Below are positions 36,233-64,000 of a stretch of DNA of 64,000 nucleotides, one piece after another; within the stretch, counting starts at the first letter, position 1; each line of letters begins with the position of its first letter. Under the pieces are notes generated by a model, which saw nothing but the letters and a program-made list of their open reading frames with translations, was not told the origin of the DNA and ran no database searches. The DNA is from the human T2T-CHM13v2.0 reference genome, Homo sapiens: NCBI RefSeq assembly GCF_009914755.1, contig NC_060931.1; one strand, 5' to 3'. The position numbers were made by a program, and so were the translations under genes.

Positions 36233-37119
36233 TAGTTGAGATGGGGTTTTACTGTGTTGGCCAGGCTGGTCTCGGACTCTTGGCCTCAAGTTATCTGCCC
36301 ATCTCGGCCTCCCAAAGCGCTGGGGTTACAGGTGTGAGCCACTGCGCCAGGCCGATTTTTTGTATTTTTAGTAGAGATGGGGTTTCACTATGTTGGCCAG
36401 GCTGGTCTCGAACTCCTGACCTCGTGATCAGCCTGCCTCGGCCTTCCATAGTGTTGGGATTACAGGCGTGAACCACCGCACCCAGCCAAAAAAAGCATCT
36501 TAATGAAGTGATGGACGTTGGTACTACCATTCATGGCTCCAATGGACATTTGGCTACAGTGAGAGCATAGCATCATTTTTGTGGTATTTCTGTCCAGAAT
36601 GTGTCACGGTGGTCTCATCGTCAGGAAGGAGTGGACAAACCGAAATGGAAGGACAGTCTACAAAATAACTTCCCTGTAATCTCCGAAAATATTAAGGTCG
36701 TGAAACTCAAAGGCTGCAAATTGTTCTAGATTGAGAGAGAATACAGATGTCACAACTAGGTACAGGGTTTCACAACTTACCAGTTTTTTTTTTTTTTTTT
36801 TTTGAGATGGAGTCTCGCTCTGTCACCCAGGCTGGAATGCAGTGGTGCAATCTCAGCTCACTGCAACCTCCGCTTCCTGGGTCCTGGGTTCAAGCGATTC
36901 TCCTGCCTCAGCCTACTGTGTAGCTGGGATTACAGACCCACACCATCACGCCCAGCTAATTTTTGTATTTTTAGTAGAGACGGGGTTTCACCATGTTGGC
37001 CATGGTCTTGAACTCCTGACCTCGTGATCTGCCCACTGTGGCCTCCCAAAGTGCTGGGATTACAGGTGTGAGCCACAGCGCCCGGACAGTTTTTTTTTTT
37101 TTTTCACCTTAAAGGTTAA

Positions 37120-37335
<216 letters not shown>

Positions 37336-37467
37336 TAGTAGAGACAGGTTTCACTATGTTGGCCAGGCTGGTCTGAAACTCCTGACCTCATGATTGCCCA
37401 CCTCGGCCTCCCAAAAGTGCTAGGATTACAAGCATGAGTCACTGTGCCCTGCCTATTTATGTATTTT

Positions 37468-37767
37468 AGAGATGGGTCTTGCTATGTTGCCCAGGCTGAA
37501 GTGCAGTGGCTATTCACAGGCAAGATCCCACTACTGATCAGCAAAGGAGTTTTGACCCCTCTGTTTCTGAGCTGGGCTGGTGCACCTCTCTTTAGGCAGC
37601 TTGGTAATCCCCTGCTCCTGAGAGGTCACCAAATTGGTGGTGAACTTAGTGCAAGTATAGCTATCTGCACTACAGGCATACTGCACTACAACCCGGAACT
37701 CCTGGACTCCAGCGATCCTCCTGCCTCAGCCTCCCAAGTAGCTGGGACTACAGACACTGCACCTGGT
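37468..37767 (-). pseudogene. Near full-length 7SL (SRP RNA) processed pseudogene
   Basis: Alu-domain ends enclosing the S-domain sequence (gctattcacaggc..gatcccactactgatcagca..ggagttttgacc..gaggtcacca..gaacttagtgc), which Alus lack. Many substitutions. Confidence 0.9.
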
Positions 37768-38382
37768 GACATTTACTGTTTGGAGCTGGGTTGAAGACCT
37801 AATCCCTAATATGCAACTTTGCTGACAAGACCTTTGCTGAAATGGAGATTTCTTTTTACACATTTATGAATATGTTGCTGGTATACTCCGGGTACTTGTG
37901 GAGGTGGTGGTCACCTCAAGGGAGGTGGGGGGTACTGAGACCCCTGGGGGCACAGCAGACCTACCCATGCTCTTGGATCAGAACGCTGGGAATATTAGAG
38001 GTAGTATTGAAGATGTTAGGAGGGCGGGGTGCGTTGGGAGGCTGACACTGGAAGTCAGGAGTTCAAGACCAGCCTGGGCACCACAGAGAGACCTCATGTC
38101 TACAAAACATTTTAAAAACATTTGCTGGGCATGGTGGTGAATGCCTTTAGTACCAGCTACTTCGAAGACTGAGGAGGGAGGATCCATTGAGCCCAGGAGT
38201 TTGAGGCTGCAGTGAGCTATGACTGTGCCACTGCACTTCAGCCTGGGCGACACATTGAGTCTAAGAACAAAAAATGTGGGCTGGGCATGTGGGTCACACT
38301 TGTAATCCCAGCACTTTGGGAGTTCGAGGCAGGCAGATCACTTGAGGTCAGGAGTTTGAGACCAGCCTGGCCAACATGGTGA

Positions 38383-38679
<297 letters not shown>

Positions 38680-38706
38680 TAACGTGGCGAAACCCTGTCT
38701 CTACTA

Positions 38707-38904
<198 letters not shown>

Positions 38905-39177
38905 TCACGCCACCGGCTCATGCCACTGGCTACTCGGGAGGCTGAGGCAGGGGAATCGCTTGAACTCGGGAAGCAGAGGTTGCAGTGAGCCAAGACTGCA
39001 CCACTGCAGCCACTGCACTCCAGCCTGGCAAGAGAGTGAGACTCCGTCTCAAAAAAATACATAAATTAAAAAAAATTAAAAATGGCCAGGCGCGGTGGCT
39101 CACGCTTGTAATCCCAGCACTTTGGGAGCCCAAGGCAGGCGGATCACGAGGTCAGGAGATCGAGGCCATCCTGGCTA

Positions 39178-39456
<279 letters not shown>

Positions 39457-40260
39457 TTATATTTATATGTGTGGATGATGCCATTCAAGGTACCAAGCTA
39501 ACCCTTCAGGATGGGGGCTGGGGTACCTTATGCCTCTCAGCATTGGAGACATAATGCCTTCTTCCCTCCTCTCCTTACCTCTCCCTCTCTTTTTGAGACA
39601 ACGTCTTGCTCTGTTACCTAGGCTGGAGTGCAGTGGTGTGATCCTATGGCTCACTGCAGCCTTGAAGTGGGCTCAATAGATCCTCCTGCCTCAGCCTCCG
39701 AGTGCTGGGATGACAGGCATGAGCCACTGTGCCCAGCTCCGCCCTTTCTTTCACAAGACGTGGGTAGAGCACCCTCTTGTGGTGAAGGGAGGAAGGGGGC
39801 TGAGTGTGCTCTGGGCCTGGCCGGAAGTTTCTAGGATGCAGCAGGCCTTCCTCCTTGGCCTGGCAGGGGTGGGGCCTGCCAGGGAGTGCCTTGCTGGGAA
39901 GGGAGGGCAAAGGGCCATGTCTTTCGCTTGCTCCACCCAGCTGCCAAGAGTCCCAGTCACCAGGCCACCCTAAGTCCCAGCCCTTGAGGGTAAGTGTTCT
40001 TCTGAACACAGCTGCCTCGTCCTTCCCTGATGACTGGGTGAGAATTCTTTGCTCCCTGGAGGTCCAAATACCCTGCCCACGCTGCTTGCATTGAGGCCAG
40101 GCAGTGGCCACACCATCCACCTCCTCTTCCTTTCCATAGGTCCATGAGACTGGGGCAGCAGCAGGGGCAGGTACAGAGCACCTCAGCCGCCTCTCCACCT
40201 GACAGCAACATCAAAGCCGAGGCCAAGGCGGGAGGGCCCAGAGTGAGACACCTCTTCCAG

Positions 40261-40398
40261 ACAAGACTTGGTCGCTGCCTCCTCCTCTGTCACCCTGCGA
40301 CACAGCCCAGAGTACCAGGCGGCTGGAGCACTGGGGGACACCCGGACAGAACCCTCCCTGGACCAAGTCCTCCAGGAACGGGATGAAGCCATTGCCAA
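40261..40398 (+). pseudogene. BICDL3P: ABHD11-AS1/BICDL3P exon, ends ...EPSLDQVLQERDEAIA(K)
   Basis: Donor AA|gtaagg at 40399. The 5' boundary is uncertain (AG at 40260 or 40139). RDEAIAK matches the BICDL1 C-terminal coiled coil as I recall it. Confidence 0.7.
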
Positions 40399-40626
40399 GT
40401 AAGGGGAAGCTGCTTTTGGGGGCTGGGAGGGGAGTTGGGGGCTCCCCTGCAGGGCCTTGTCCTGCTAATGGAGGAGCGGGGGGCTAGTCAGGCATTCTGG
40501 AAGGAAAGCCACACAACCAGCTGCCCTTCACTGAGGCGGGGGCTGTGGCCATACTCGTCCACCCCCAGGACCTCACAACCAGACCCACAGGGTCCGAGCC
40601 TCAGCTACTCTCTCTGCCACCCACAG

Positions 40627-40747
40627 GAAGCAGGCGGTGGAGGCGGAGCTGCAGAGATGCAAAGCCAGGCTACACGCCATGGAGGCCCAGCTGCTGGAGG
40701 TCCTGGAGGAGAAACTGAGGCTGAGGCGGGAGCTGGAGGCCTGGGAG
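40627..40747 (+). pseudogene. BICDL3P: ABHD11-AS1/BICDL3P exon KQAVEAELQRCKARLHAMEAQLLEVLEEKLRLRRELEAWE
   Basis: cacag|G and GAG|gtaggg, phase-compatible with both neighbours. Heptad pattern with the BICD-family K..L..ELEAW motif. Confidence 0.85.
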
Positions 40748-40828
40748 GTAGGGGAATGCCATCAGGGCCTGGGAGGTGTGGGGAAAGAGGGCACAGGCTC
40801 AGCCTTGAACCTGCTCTCCTGTCCACAG

Positions 40829-40972
40829 GAGGACGTGCAGCAGCTGGTGTGGCAGCAGGTCCAGAATCAGCTGCAGAGAGAGGCCAAGGGTACTCGGGGA
40901 GCCCACGTGGACCCTGGAGCTGCCAGCACCCCCCGATCCAGATTCTCCCTGGGTCGGGGACGTTGGTGGTGA
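40829..40972 (+). pseudogene. BICDL3P: ABHD11-AS1/BICDL3P last exon EDVQQLVWQQVQNQLQRE...STPRSRFSLGRGRWW*
   Basis: ctcctgtccacag|GAG acceptor, open to TGA at 40970-40972. Resembles the BICDL2 tail (STPR..RFSL). Confidence 0.85.
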
Positions 40973-41007
40973 CACAGACCTCAGCCCAGGACTTTGGGAG
41001 TAGTGTC

Positions 41008-41634
<627 letters not shown>

Positions 41635-41827
41635 TGAGGAGGAGTGAAAGAGACACGTGGAAGCAGAACGGGGAGAAATGGAGAGAGCTGTGTGAGCCCA
41701 TATGCCCGGTGGTATTTCTGGCCTCTCAGCCACCCCCCTTCCACACCCAAGGCCTCCCCTGGTAGGGTCCCCAGGCTGGGGCCTGGGCGAGTAAAGCATG
41801 CCCCTCCTACTACCCAGGCTAGCTTAC

Positions 41828-42009
41828 TGCACGAACTGGGAGTTTCCACCAAGGAGAAAGAGTGTTGGCCCGAGGTAGGACTCCTGCCTCTGTGGGAAAG
41901 CCAAGATCTTGTCTAGGTGCTGGGTCAGGGCATCCAAGTTCACCCTCCACACGAAGCGCCCGTCTACCTCTACCAGGTTAGTGAGCAGGTGCTGCCGCAC
42001 GGCCATGTC
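41828..42009 (-). CDS. ABHD11: ABHD11 exon 5
   Basis: DMAVRQHLLTNLVEVDGRFVWRVNLDALTQ...GGNSQFV, 182 nt, AG/GTAAG. Confidence 0.95.
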
Positions 42010-42119
42010 CTGTGGGGGTGCAGCAGTTGGGGGAGGTTCCTTGTGCGGTCTGGGGGTGCCACTCTTCCCTTGACAGGTCCTGGTCTACAATACCATCCGG
42101 GGCACCTTGGGTGTATCAC

Positions 42120-42290
42120 CTGGATGACAGAACTGAGCTGTTCATCCGCCAGTTTTCGGGCACGGGAGCGGGGCAGCTCATCTGCGATGTTGATGGCCCT
42201 CATGGCTGCCACATAGGTTGCAAAGTGGGAGACACCTGTGCTTTCCACTGGGCTGATATCTACAGCAATGAGACGTTCCACCAGCTCTGG
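42120..42290 (-). CDS. ABHD11: ABHD11 exon 4
   Basis: PELVERLIAVDISPVES...EQLSSVIQ, 171 nt. Confidence 0.95.
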
Positions 42291-42460
42291 CTGTGGGAGA
42301 GAACCGAACTGGGACCAGTCTTAGGCAGACATAGGGAGTCTCAGGCATGGCTCCTGGAGCCTGAACTTGGTCATCCAACGATCATGTGAGTCCCAGGTTG
42401 CCTGCAGGGCCCTCAGGGTATATACTGAATGGGAGGAGGCCCCAGACATGGGCGGCTCAC

Positions 42461-42634
42461 CCTCTGTAGTGCCAGCAGCATGGCTGTCTTTCCTCCCATG
42501 CTGTGGCCAACGACGACGCAGGGCACCAGGCCCAGCTGGGGCAGAAGGTCCTGCAGGTCCTGGCTCATGATCTCGTAGCTCATGTCTGGGCTGTGGGGGC
42601 TGTCACCGTGGTTACGAGCATCCACCGTCAGCAC
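42461..42634 (-). CDS. ABHD11: ABHD11 exon 3 (nucleophile elbow GHSMG)
   Basis: VLTVDARNHGDSPH...VVGHSMGGKTAMLLALQR, 174 nt, alpha/beta-hydrolase GxSxG. Confidence 0.96.
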
Positions 42635-43226
42635 CTGGGGAGTGGGGTGAGACGGGGCTGCGTTGATATCCCCATTCTGGGGGTAGACAGCCAAAGGCTT
42701 GTAGGGACAGCAGGTCAAAGGTGTGGAGAGCCTGGGGATACACCCTGTGGAGGGGAAGGGCCCAGTTTCCAGACCTAGGAGGCCCAGATGAAGAACCTGG
42801 GGCCACTCTGCCAGAGAAGAGCAGGCCCCAGGGTTGTGACCACGTCTCTGAAGGGCTGGCCTGGCTGGGTGGCAATCTCGGAGAATGCCAGGAAGGAGAC
42901 TCCAGGAATTTCCAACAGTAGGAGCACAGAAGAATGGGCTGCCATAAGAGGTGGTGAGCTCCCGGTCATCCCTAGTGAACAAGCAGGCCCCTTCATGGAA
43001 AGGGTGCAGGCGCCTAGGCATGGGCCAGCCCCGATGGAGATCTACAACATGAATTAATGAAGATGGCAACGTGAGGGAATAAATGGGGTTGCCGTTCAGG
43101 GTCCATACTCAGAGTGAGGGATCTGGAAGTGAGCGTGAGAAGCGGGACCCCCCCTGCCCCGCCTCCTCTCAGGCCCCGCCCACTCCCGCCCAGCCCCAAA
43201 GGAGCCCCGCCCACTCGAAAGCTCAC

Positions 43227-43362
43227 CCTACGGCCTGTCTGCTGGGCCAAGATCTTGGCGATGGAGTTGAAGTTAGTTTTGCTGCCGAAGAGCCCGTGCA
43301 AAAAGACGACGGCCGGGAGGGCTGCCTCCCCGTCCAGAAGCCTGTAGGAAAGCGGAAGCGGC
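43227..43362 (-). CDS. ABHD11: ABHD11 exon 2 (oxyanion HG motif)
   Basis: PLPLSYRLLDGEAALPAVVFLHGLFGSKTNFNSIAKILAQQTGRR, 136 nt. Confidence 0.96.
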
Positions 43363-43544
43363 CTGGCAGGGGAAGGATCGAGGTCAGAGTCTGAGCCGGC
43401 GGAGACGGGGAAAGGGGTAGGGGGAAAGAGCTTTGGGGGAGAGGCCTGGGAGGTGACAGGCCCAAAGGGAGGAGATGGGGCCGTCGGGGCCCGGCAGGAA
43501 AAGGAGGACAGAGGATGGCCTCCCGCCCGGTGCCCTTGACTGAC

Positions 43545-43696
43545 CTCGGCTCGGCGCCCCCTCGGCCGCCGCTGCTGCTGCTGGGTGCGACAGGCACCCT
43601 CGCGAAGCTAGGGCCGTGGGGGCCGAGTCCCTCACGCGGGAGCCTCCAGGCTCGGGTCCAGCGGAGCATGCTTGCAAGCTGTTGGCCGGCTCGCAT
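43545..43696 (-). CDS. ABHD11: ABHD11 exon 1 (mitochondrial presequence-like); second in-frame ATG at 43669
   Basis: MRAGQQLASMLRWTRAWRLPREG...GAEP(R). The six exons sum to 948 nt = 315 aa + stop. Confidence 0.93.
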
Positions 43697-44494
43697 CTCA
43701 CAAGGTACGTCCTCCCCGCGCTCCTTCTCCCGCCCTAGCTCGCAGCCCCGCCCATTTCCGTCTTCAGCCGCCCCGCCCAGTTCCGACTTGAGCCCCGCCC
43801 TCTCCCCGCCCCCATCGCGGGATTCTCCGCCCTTGGTCCCGTTTCCTTACGTATCCCCGAGAACAGTCCGGCCCCGCCTCCATCCCCGCCCCTTACGCCA
43901 TTACGTAATCCCCGCAGGCTTTGCGCGGGTCGCCCTGAGCGCCGCACCTGGCCTCGCCCTAGGCTGGGCAACCCGCGGTGCTTGCCCCTCCCCTCGCGAA
44001 GCGCCGCGGTGCGTAGAATCTGGGAATTCGGTCTGCGCCGCTCTGTGCGTGCTCGGTTCTGGTTGCAGCTTAGGGCTCGGTTCCCGCCCCGCACCTGCCA
44101 TCGCTCACTGACCTGGGTGGCTGCCATCGTTTCTGTGCCGCCGGCGGGGGCGAGCGGCGCCAGGGTGGCTCTGGGCGGCGGAGTGCCAGTGTGGTGGCGC
44201 CGTGCTCCACTGCCGGGGGCCCGGGCAGGTTGGGCGGAGCACGGACACCCACCCATCCTGGAGTCGTCGATCTAGAAGGAGCTCGGGGGCACTCTAGAGC
44301 TCTTCCCCAAGCCCCTTCGTCCCTTTTACGTTTGGGGAAGGCTCCCCCAGTCTGATCCCACCTGCTTTTCTGCCCATACTCCCCATTCTCATACTCCCCT
44401 ATCAGGCACCCTGCCTTTCAAGGTCTTCTCCACACCCCACCTCCTGCTGGGGTGCTGTCTGTCTTCCAGATAGCCAGTTGCCCGAGTCCTATAC

Positions 44495-54073
<9,579 letters not shown>

Positions 54074-54569
54074 CCCGATTTACACTTTCAAAGGACTATT
54101 TGGCTGTGTAGAAGAAGGTGTGAGGCAGATTAGAGGGGAAGCAGAGGAGAAGCGGCAAAATGAGGAAGCTATTGCAGACATTCAACTGAGGCATGATGGT
54201 CACATGACTGGAAGGTGGCTGTGGAAGTAGGGAAAGAAAGATAGATTTGGGATGTATTTTGGAGTTCGAATCAACAGGATTTGATGAGGAATGGGATGGG
54301 GAGGGGGAAAGATGGTGGTGAGGGAGAGGAAGACACCAAGGACAGCTCCCAGGTTTCTGGATTGAACATGTGGGTGGCGAGTAGTTGTGCTATTTACTGA
54401 GATGGGGAAGGTGGTTTTGTTTGTTTGTTTTTTTCCACTCTATAGGGTGCAAGTAAGGAGACTCTAGAATGTCCACTTGGGACATTCTAGCAGTTACCGA
54501 ATGTCAATAAAAACTTAGATGTGCAATGACATTATTTTCTGTAATTCATCTTAGCTTTCACCCCAGTGC

Positions 54570-55563
54570 TGTAGGGGGCCTGCCCCTCCACACCTGTGGG
54601 TATTTCTCGTCAGGTGGGACGAGAGACTGAGAAAATAAATAAGACAGAGACAAAGTAGAGAGAAAGAACAGTGGGCCCAGGGGATCAGCGCTCAGCATAC
54701 GGAGGACCCGCACCGGCACTGGTCTCTGAGTTCCCTCAGTATTTATTGATTAGTATTTTCACTATCTCGGCAAGGGGAATGCAGCAGGAGAACAGGGTGA
54801 TAGTGGGGAGAAGGTCAGCAGGAAAACGTGAGCAAAGGAATCTATGTCACAAATAAGTTCAAGGGAAGGTACTGTGCCTGGATGTGTACATAGGCTAGAT
54901 TTATGCTTCTCTCCACCCAAACAGCTCAGTGTAGTAAAAAATTACAGCGCAGCATTGCCGCCAGCATATCTTGCCTCCAGCCACAGGGCGGTTTTCTTCT
55001 ATCTCAGAATAGAACAAATGTACGATCGGGTTTTACACTGAGACATTCTGTTTCCAGGGACAAGCAAGAGACAGAGGCCTTCCTCTTATCTCAACCGCAA
55101 GAGGCCTTCCTCTTTTACTAATCCTCCTCAGCACAGACCCTTTTTTGGGTGTTGGGCTGGGGGACGGTCAGTTCTTTCCCTTCCCACGAGGCCACATCTC
55201 AGGCTGTCTCAGTGGAGGGAAACTTTGGACAATGCCCAGGCTTTCTTAGGCAGAGGTCCCTGCGGCTTTCCGCAGTGCATTGTGCCCTTGGTTAATCGAG
55301 ACTGGAGAATGGCGATGACTTTTACCAAGCATACTACCTGTAAACATATTGTTAACAAGGCACAGCCTGCACAGCCCTAGATCCCTTAAACCTTGATGCC
55401 ATACAGCACATGTTTCTGTGAGCACAGGGTCGGGGCTAAAGTTTACGGATTAACAGCATCTCAAGGCAAAACAATTTTCTTAGTACAGATCAAAATGGAG
55501 TTTCTTATGTCTTCCTTTTCTACATAGACACAGTAACAGTCGGATCTCTCTCTTTTCCCTATA
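54570..55563 (-). mobile_element. HERV-K(HML-2) solo LTR, LTR5A/LTR5B type
   Basis: Minus strand begins ..AGGGAAAAGAGAGAGATC..TGTTACTGTGTCTATGTAGAAA and ends CCCACAGGTGTGGAGGGGCAGGCCCCCTACA. About 1 kb, with a 6-bp TSD cagtgc/caatgc (one mismatch). Confidence 0.9.
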
Positions 55564-55648
55564 CAATGCTCTATATGTTTGAGATGCCCCTGAGATATTA
55601 GAACAGTTAACACTTATGGAATGCTTAACAAATGCCAAGCACTGTTCT

Positions 55649-56038
55649 TGTTACCAAAACAGCAGGGGTTCAGGCGAGGTCCTGCTGCTTGCCGCACAGA
55701 AAGCCAATCACTGAGACGATTATTGCCAAGGAAGAAGGCTTTAATTGGGTGCTGTGGCTGAGATGGGAGATTGGTCTCAAATCCATCTCCCTGATCGACT
55801 GAAGTTAGGGTCTTATATAGCAGGGAACAAATGTAACCATGTATGGGAAAACAAGAACTTGGGGGAAGGGTAAGGAAGCAATCATGATGAATGAGGGGCC
55901 TGGCATTTCATTGTCTAGATGCCATGATCTGGTGAGTTTCAGTTCTTTCATACTTTTTGAGAGGGCTGATGGTCATTTCCTAAAGAAGAAATTCAGATCA
56001 AGTAAATGTAAGTTTCAAGCTTTAAGACCAAAAGGGTT
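55649..56038. mobile_element. Probable ERV1-class LTR fragment (family not resolved)
   Basis: Starts tgttacc..ggggttc..ggtcctgctgc..gcacagaaagccaatcactgagac, which resembles MER4/LTR8-group LTRs from memory. Confidence 0.5.
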
Positions 56039-56214
56039 GACCCGCACCATGGCTCATGCCTGTAATCCCAGCACTTCGGGAGGCTGAGGCCAGTGGATCG
56101 CTTGAGGTCAGGAGTTTAAGACCAGCCTGGCCAACATGGTGAAACCCCATCTCTTCTAAAAATACAAAAAATTAGCTGGGCATGGTGGCGCACGCCTGTA
56201 ATCCCTGCTACTCA

Positions 56215-56319
<105 letters not shown>

Positions 56320-56399
56320 TCAAACAAACAAACAAACAAACAAACAAGAAAACAAAGTACTAGGATTATAGGCATGAGCCAACACTGTGTCCGGCTTAT

Positions 56400-58262
<1,863 letters not shown>

Positions 58263-58264
58263 CA

Positions 58265-63442
<5,178 letters not shown>

Positions 63443-63776
63443 AATACCCCTTCTTTTATAGTTATGAGCTAGAGGCAGCAAGTGACTTGGTCAAGGTCCC
63501 ACAGTGGGCACCTGACACCCATGCTCTTGCTCTCTCCTGGCTCTGCGGAGCATTCTTGTCTCAGCATGGGTGACCTTTCGGGCAATCCTGGTATGGGAGG
63601 GGGAAGGAAGGTACTATCTGTTCTTCCAGGCCAGCCACAGACCTTGAGGGAGCCACAATAAACGCTGTGTTTGTTTGATAAAGCAGTTGGCTTTTGGTCT
63701 GGCAGGAGGAAGAGCTGGAACAGGTGTGGCAAGAGCGGGCAGCCTGCAGCACCTCTGTGGGAGATGGGTGAGACAG

Positions 63777-64000
63777 CCCCAGGGCCTGGCAGGGGGCTCC
63801 AGGGCTGTGAGTTTTGAAGAAACCTAGGGACTTTCTCAGCCATCTCTCTCATGTGGCACCACCCCAGGGCCTGGCAGGGGGCTTTGTGGGTGTGGAGTTT
63901 GAAGAAACCTAGGGACTTTCTCACAACCTAGCCATCCCCCACGCGTGGCCACCTCTCTCATGTGGCACCACCCCAGGGCCTGGCAGCGCGCTCCAGGGCT
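63777..64000. repeat. Long-unit tandem repeat (85-110 bp), runs off the window end
   Basis: ccccagggcctggcag recurs at 63777, 63862 and 63971. tttgaagaaacctagggactttctca and ctctctcatgtggcacca each occur twice. Confidence 0.9.

Larger units (their letters stand above)
43150..44270 (-). promoter_or_regulatory. ABHD11: ABHD11 CpG island promoter
   Basis: CpG-dense, multiple GC boxes at 43720-43895, palindrome ATTACGTAAT at 43900-43909. Confidence 0.85.

Noticed and set aside
39941-39989. Possible upstream BICDL3P exon with strong AGG|GTAAGT donor
   Set aside because: Splicing to the 40140 acceptor runs into TGA in the BICD frame. It may be a non-coding exon but I cannot support it as a feature.
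40144-40386. 80-aa ORF MRLGQQQGQ... as the ABHD11-AS1 product
   Set aside because: Out of frame with the BICD-like segment and without recognisable homology. At most a uORF.
43515-44275. 198- and 173-aa ORFs across the ABHD11 promoter
   Set aside because: GC-island artefacts with no recognisable domain.

Overview
Human (primate) genomic DNA that I recognise as the 7q11.23 Williams-Beuren interval. It is GC-rich and extremely Alu-dense. Left to right it holds: the last exons and 3'UTR of BUD23/WBSCR22 (+); the complete STX1A gene (-, 10 coding exons reconstructed at GT-AG junctions into 867 nt = 288 aa, plus the syntaxin-1C and a shorter alternative exon-9 acceptor); the MIR4284 locus in STX1A intron 1; a 7SL pseudogene; the ABHD11-AS1/BICDL3P locus (+), whose last three exons still splice into an open BICD-like C-terminal coiled coil; and the complete ABHD11 gene (-, 6 exons, 948 nt = 315 aa). 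The remaining ~20 kb is repeat-filled intergenic DNA (Alu, HERV-K LTR5 solo LTR, Tigger1, L1, L2, a terminal VNTR). The most notable observations are the possible 70-aa BICD-like microprotein in a nominal lncRNA, a back-to-back bidirectional poly(A) cassette, the identity of miR-4284 with part of mt-tRNA-Phe, a candidate in-frame STX1A exon with a nearby TATA/MEF2 element, clustered RBFOX motifs, and a ~160 bp inverted templated insertion inside an Alu. Gene names come from remembered protein sequences and no database search was run. Repeat boundaries are approximate.
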